DNA from: Terriglobia bacterium
GTDB lineage: Bacteria; Acidobacteriota; Terriglobia; 20CM-2-55-15
Direction of reading: 5' to 3'
Length of the DNA stretch: 64,000 nucleotides
Assembly (NCBI GenBank): GCA_965198225.1
Contig: CBDAOY010000005.1
Location: 352,001-416,000 of the forward strand
Positions 59,559 to 64,000 of this stretch are shown here, piece by piece. The notes beneath the pieces were generated by a model, which did no database searches, was not told where the DNA came from, and saw nothing but the letters and a program-made list of their open reading frames with translations. Each line of letters opens with the position of its first letter. The stretch's first letter is position 1. The position numbers and the translations under genes are program-made.

Positions 59559-60874
59559 TGGCCCAGGATCTTCACATCTGGAAGCCCTACACGCAACAGG
59601 CGCTCGATCCTCCGCCGATTCCCATCGAGCGGGCCGAAGGAGTCTACCTGCACACGAAAGACGGTCGGCGTCTGATCGACGGTATCTCCTCGTGGTGGGT
59701 CAACATCCACGGGCACGCACATCCCCGCATCGCGGCTGCTATCGCCCGGCAGGCCGAACAGCTCGAGCACGTCATCTTCGCGGGGTTCACGCACGAGCCG
59801 GCCGAACGACTCGCCTGCAAGCTGAAACAGGTGGTTCCGCGCGCCATGTCTCACGTTTTCTTTTCCGACAACGGTTCCACGGCTGTCGAGGTGGCCTTGA
59901 AGATGGCTGTCCAGTACTGGCAGAACACCGGGCACCCGGAACGGCGCAAGGTCATCGCGCTGGAGCACGCCTACCACGGCGACACGGTGGGAGCGATGTC
60001 CCTCAGCGAAGCGTCGGCGTTCACCGACGCCTTCAAGGACATGCTCTTTCCGGTCCTGCGCTCACACTCTGCTTACTGCTACCGATGTCCGGTGGGCATG
60101 GAGCGAAGCACATGCCACATCGAGTGTCTGGACAAGCTCCAAGGACTTCTCGAGGAACAGGGTGGTGAAGTCGCGGCCATGATCGTCGAACCGCTGATCC
60201 AGGGGGCGGGTGGAATGATCATGCACCCCCCGGATTTCCTGAAACGGACGCGCGAACTGTGTAGCCGCCACGGCGTCCTGCTGATCGCCGACGAGGTTTT
60301 TACCGGGTTCGGACGAACCGGCACCATGTTTGCCTGCGATGGGGTCGACGTGATTCCCGACATCATGTGCGTTTCGAAGGGCCTCACCGGTGGATTCCTT
60401 CCGTTCGCGGCCACACTGTGCTCGGATGAGATCTATTACCCGTTCCACGTACGAGACCGGCTGAAGACGCTTTTCCATGGCCACTCCTACGCCGGAAACC
60501 CTCTCGGCTGCGCCGCCGCGATCGCCAGCCTGGAGGTGTTCGAGACCGAACCGGTGTTCGATCGGATCCGAACCGTCGAACGCATCCACGCCGAGCGGCT
60601 CCCGCTGCTGGAGGAGAACTCGCTGGTGGGCGACGCACGCATGGTCGGCACAGTGGCCGCGATAGAACTGATAGCCGACGATGCGGGCTACCTTTCCGAC
60701 TTGAAACCGAAGCTGTACGATTTCTTCCTGAGCAAGGGCGTGCTGCTTCGCCCACTCGGCAACGTCGTCTACATCCTGCCGCCCTACGTCATTCAGCCCG
60801 ACGAGTTGCACCATATCTATGATGTCGTAACCGAAGCGATCGGATCCCTTTCCGAGAGCCATCCCGGCTCTTGA
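59558..60874 (+). CDS. bioA: Adenosylmethionine-8-amino-7-oxononanoate aminotransferase
   Basis: SSWWVNIHGH, GSTAVEVALKMA, YHGDT, DEVFTGFGRTG, SKGLTGG. Confidence 0.96.
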   Translation: MAQDLHIWKPYTQQALDPPPIPIERAEGVYLHTKDGRRLIDGISSWWVNIHGHAHPRIAAAIARQAEQLEHVIFAGFTHEPAERLACKLKQVVPRAMSHVFFSDNGSTAVEVALKMAVQYWQNTGHPERRKVIALEHAYHGDTVGAMSLSEASAFTDAFKDMLFPVLRSHSAYCYRCPVGMERSTCHIECLDKLQGLLEEQGGEVAAMIVEPLIQGAGGMIMHPPDFLKRTRELCSRHGVLLIADEVFTGFGRTGTMFACDGVDVIPDIMCVSKGLTGGFLPFAATLCSDEIYYPFHVRDRLKTLFHGHSYAGNPLGCAAAIASLEVFETEPVFDRIRTVERIHAERLPLLEENSLVGDARMVGTVAAIELIADDAGYLSDLKPKLYDFFLSKGVLLRPLGNVVYILPPYVIQPDELHHIYDVVTEAIGSLSESHPGS

Positions 60875-60912
60875 CATCCCCCCTGCGACCACGTACTTTG
60901 ACGCAACATTTG

Positions 60913-61015
60913 TGTAGGCGCGCTCTATGACTGCACAAGTGTGATTGTGTAGGTGCGCTCTATGAGCGCACGTTGTTGCGGCTCGAAGAATGTGCGGTCA
61001 TAGACCGCACCTACA
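60913..61015. repeat. GTAG-type REPIN, copy 6, preceded by an extra degenerate REP
   Basis: Half REP at 60913-60936; full doublet at 60948-61015. Confidence 0.88.
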
Positions 61016-61026
61016 CCTCGTTGGCC

Positions 61027-61256
61027 ATGAAATACGATCTGCACACCCACTACTACCCGGGCTCGTTCTTTGAAATGATTCGCGACCTGTCGTCAGAGTT
61101 CTCTTTCGACAAAGATCCGACGGGCCGGACGATCATCAAGTTTCGAGGAGCCCGATTCTTCGGGATTACCCCGCCGATGTCGGACCCGGCAAAGCGACTG
61201 GAAGACATGGATCGGGTCGGCATCGAGGTGGAAGTCCTGTCTCTGTCGACGCCCAA
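61027..61256 (+). pseudogene. N-terminal fragment of an amidohydrolase-2 (ACMSD/decarboxylase-like) protein
   Basis: DLHTH metal motif, RLEDMDRVGIEVEVLSLSTP, then abrupt loss of similarity. Confidence 0.8.
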
Positions 61257-61865
61257 ACCGACAAGCAACGTATCCTCAAAATGGGGATGATCGATCTCGG
61301 GGTCGGCTACGGGCTCTCGATGGCGCTGGCCGTCATGTTTATCTCGCTCGGAGCCAACCTGCTGCAGCCACGCGGCCTCACGCCGGATGGAATCGAAGTG
61401 GCGCTGACGCTTTCAACCATCTATACCGAGTTGCTGGGATCGTGGATCTACCCTCTATTCATGCTGGCGTTTTTCGCGGCGATATTCTCCACGACCTACG
61501 CCGTCATGGATGGGTTCCCGCGGGCGTTCTCGACGATCCTTCGCAGGCTGTTTCCCGGCAGTGAGTTCGTCTCACGAGACAGCAACCCGACCTACTGGAT
61601 CTTCATCGCGGTGATATTCGCGTTCGCAGTCGTCGCGAATACTTTGCTACCAAACCCCGTACTGATGGTCAGCCTGGTCGGCGTGCTCAGTCTCCTGCTG
61701 GCTCCGGTACTCTTCAGCCTGAACTATTTCTGCGTGACCCGCCTGATCGACGACCCATTGTTCCGGTCGGGCTCTTTGATGCGCGTGTGGGCGTTGCTGG
61801 GGATCGTGTGCATGGCGCTCGCCGGTGCGTTCTACGTCTACACCGAATTGAAATACATACGATGA
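61257..61865 (+). pseudogene. C-terminal fragment of an Nramp/APC-like transporter
   Basis: DLGVGY...FISLGA, AFFAAIFSTTYAVMDGFPR; N-terminal half absent. Confidence 0.7.
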
Positions 61866-62377
61866 AGGTCGAGGTAACGACATATCACCTCGAAATGAAC
61901 CGGCCCGCGGATCTACAGCCCAAAGTGGCGGACATCGATGGGCTTAGAATCGAACGGGTCGGCATCCCCTCCCCTGAACTGAACCGATTCCTCTACGTCA
62001 CAGTCGGACACCGATGGCATTGGATCGATCGGCTGGTCTGGACGGAAAAGGAGTGGACCGATTGGGTGGAACGGGATGAACTCCAGACCTGGGTCGCTTA
62101 TGTCAAAGGGGCTCCCGCGGGTTATTTCGAGCTGGAGTTCCAGAACGGCAACGTCGAGATCGCCTTCTTCGGCCTCCTTCCCCGTTTCATCGGAGCGGGC
62201 CTGGGCGGCCATCTCCTGACCGAAGCCACTCGCCGGGCCTGGGACATGGACGCGACCCGCGTATGGGTCCACACCTGCACGCTAGACCATCCCAACGCGC
62301 TGGGGAATTACAAAGCCCGTGGGTTCCGGATCTTTCGGGAAGAGACGCATATGCAGGAGGTGGCCGACGGAGCTTAA
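61862..62377 (+). CDS. GNAT acetyltransferase
   Basis: FFGLLPRFIGAGLGG, WVHTCTLDHPNALGNY. Confidence 0.9.
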   Translation: MKVEVTTYHLEMNRPADLQPKVADIDGLRIERVGIPSPELNRFLYVTVGHRWHWIDRLVWTEKEWTDWVERDELQTWVAYVKGAPAGYFELEFQNGNVEIAFFGLLPRFIGAGLGGHLLTEATRRAWDMDATRVWVHTCTLDHPNALGNYKARGFRIFREETHMQEVADGA

Positions 62378-62389
62378 CGTGATGAAAGG

Positions 62390-62457
62390 TGTAGGTGCGC
62401 TCTATGAGCGCACATGGCCGCTTAGAGAAAAATGTGCGGTCATAGACCGCACCTACA
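62390..62457. repeat. GTAG-type REPIN, copy 7
   Basis: Same two REP arms. Confidence 0.92.
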
Positions 62458-62466
62458 CTTAAACCC

Positions 62467-63228
62467 ATGCGTGTTACTACATGGAACGTTAACTCGATTC
62501 GGAGAAGATTCGACGGCGTCCTCCGATGGCTCGAGCGGGAGCGTACGGACGTCCTCTGTCTCCAGGAAACCAAGTGTAGGGACGACGTATTCCCTTGGAT
62601 CGGCTTCAAAGGCCTGGGCTACGAGCTCTCCTACACGGGCCAGCGAAACTACAACGGTGTTGCGATCGTATCCCGATCCGAGCAGACCGATATCGACTTA
62701 CACCCCGTATGGTCAGAGGATCCAGAGAGACGCTCCATCGCAGCGACGATCGACGGGATCCGGATCGTCAACGTCTACGTGCCCTACGGCGAAAAGGTCG
62801 GGACGGAGAAGTTCGCCCGAAAACTTCGATGGTTGGACCGGCTCGGGAAAGTGCTGGGCGAGGTAGGAGACGAACCGACCCTCGTCAGCGGGGACTTCAA
62901 CGTCGCACCCGACGACCGGGATGTCTACGACCCCCGAATGCGGCGGGAGAAACTGATCTGCAGCACCCCGGAACGCGAACTCTTCCACGCTCTACTGGAA
63001 ACGGGATTCGTGGATGCGCTACGCCAATGCACCGATCAATCGGGCCTGTACACCTGGTGGAGCCATCGCGTCGGCGCCGTCGAACGCAATCGCGGACTGC
63101 GGGTCGACCACCACCTGGTGCACCCATCCCTCCGGGCACGCATCCAATCGGTCGACATCGACGTCGAGGAACGGAAACGCCCCAACGCCTCCGACCACAC
63201 CCCCGTCACCCTGACCCTGAAGCCTTGA
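62467..63228 (+). CDS. xth: Exodeoxyribonuclease III
   Basis: TWNVNS, LQETK, YNGVA, NVYVP, GDFN, SDH. Confidence 0.95.
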   Translation: MRVTTWNVNSIRRRFDGVLRWLERERTDVLCLQETKCRDDVFPWIGFKGLGYELSYTGQRNYNGVAIVSRSEQTDIDLHPVWSEDPERRSIAATIDGIRIVNVYVPYGEKVGTEKFARKLRWLDRLGKVLGEVGDEPTLVSGDFNVAPDDRDVYDPRMRREKLICSTPERELFHALLETGFVDALRQCTDQSGLYTWWSHRVGAVERNRGLRVDHHLVHPSLRARIQSVDIDVEERKRPNASDHTPVTLTLKP

Positions 63229-63268
63229 ACCTGCTGGACCTGGAACATCCTCCGGCTGACACATGCTT

Positions 63269-63386
63269 TTAACCACGGAGGCACAGAGGGCGCGGAGGTT
63301 TATTGGTCATGCTGTACGGGTCAAGCGGACGCGCCCTGGTACGCAAAGAACGAAAGGCCTCAGTGCCTCCGAGCCTCCGTGGTTAA
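63269..63386. repeat. Imperfect inverted repeat TTAACCACGGAGGCACAGAG...CTCCGAGCCTCCGTGGTTAA
   Basis: 14-bp perfect terminal arms, ~9-nt sub-repeats; between convergent genes. Confidence 0.75.
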
Positions 63387-63422
63387 TCCACCAGTCCTTA
63401 TGCGGCCAGTTTCAGGGCTAGG

Positions 63423-64000
63423 CTAGTCTGCGGAAACCGGGGGTTCCAGGGCTGGTTCAACGGCCGCAGCGTAGCCACGGAAACCCAGGGCTTGCTTGAT
63501 GTCGTCCAGGATCAGGTACAGCGACGGGACCAGAGCCAGCGTGATGAGAGTCGCGAACAGGACACCGAACGCCAGGGAGACCGCCATCGGGATGAGAAAC
63601 TGGGCCTGTATGCTGGATTCGAGCATCAGCGGCGTAACGCCCGCCGCAGTGGTCAATGAAGTCAGGAGGATCGGCCGGAAGCGGGCGGCGCCTGCGTCAC
63701 GCACGGCGTCCTTCAGCGACTCGCTTTCTTTGCGGTTCCGGTTTATGAAATGCACGAGTACCAGGCTGTCGTTGACGACCACGCCGGCAACCGCGACCAT
63801 GCCCATCATCGACATGAAGTTCATCGTCATTCCCAGGATCGCGTGCCCGGCGACGGCCCCGACCAGTCCGAACGGGACGGCGGACATGACGATCAAGGGC
63901 TGGGAATACGACTTGAACGGGATCGCCATCAAGGCGAAAACCACGAACAACGCAATGAAGAAACCCCGGAACAAACCCTCCATGAACTCTCCCTGCATCC
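63423..64000 (-). CDS. RND efflux permease (AcrB-like), C-terminal part
   Basis: PFGLVGA, GVVVNDSLV, RFRPILLTSLTT, PMAVSLAFG. Confidence 0.93.
   Translation of the reverse strand, partial: MQGEFMEGLFRGFFIALFVVFALMAIPFKSYSQPLIVMSAVPFGLVGAVAGHAILGMTMNFMSMMGMVAVAGVVVNDSLVLVHFINRNRKESESLKDAVRDAGAARFRPILLTSLTTAAGVTPLMLESSIQAQFLIPMAVSLAFGVLFATLITLALVPSLYLILDDIKQALGFRGYAAAVEPALEPPVSAD

Noticed and set aside
13054-62457. REP doublets with variable spacers as a CRISPR array
   Set aside because: Arms are inverted pairs dispersed over 50 kb, not tandem direct repeats; no cas genes.

Overview
GC-rich bacterial chromosome segment; gene content and repeat families suggest Acidobacteriota (inference). About 55 CDS. 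Most are housekeeping or metabolic (carD, aroA, aroK, nrdR, lon, thiL, meaB/mce, mtnP, dapF, ispH, fabH, comM, bioBFDA, xth). There is also an ECF sigma/anti-sigma envelope-stress operon, a yybP-ykoY riboswitch upstream of terC, and a TonB receptor behind a Fur-like box. No rRNA, tRNA, CRISPR array or transposase was seen. Two systems stand out. (1) An operon at 41.6-46.5 kb encodes a signal-peptide PI4K/Fam20-like kinase, a signal-peptide PPP-family phosphatase and a TLC/NTT nucleotide-translocase-HEAT protein, with a second secreted kinase paralog at 35.4 kb. This is a candidate extracytoplasmic writer/eraser/ATP-supply phosphorylation system. (2) A membrane protein on the minus strand at 36356-36904 continues in frame past two TGA codons, each followed by a SECIS-like hairpin (candidate two-Sec selenoprotein). 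It sits under LytTR-type 21-bp repeats next to a LytS/LytTR pair. Intergenic DNA is dense in non-autonomous elements: 7 GTAG REPINs, two ~275-bp structured MITE-like elements plus two 25-bp empty-site forms, and several other hairpin families. There is also an orphan promoter-hairpin-terminator sRNA candidate at 27.8 kb. Several single-base and microhomology lesions may be sequencing or assembly errors. All family calls are by motif recognition; no searches were run.
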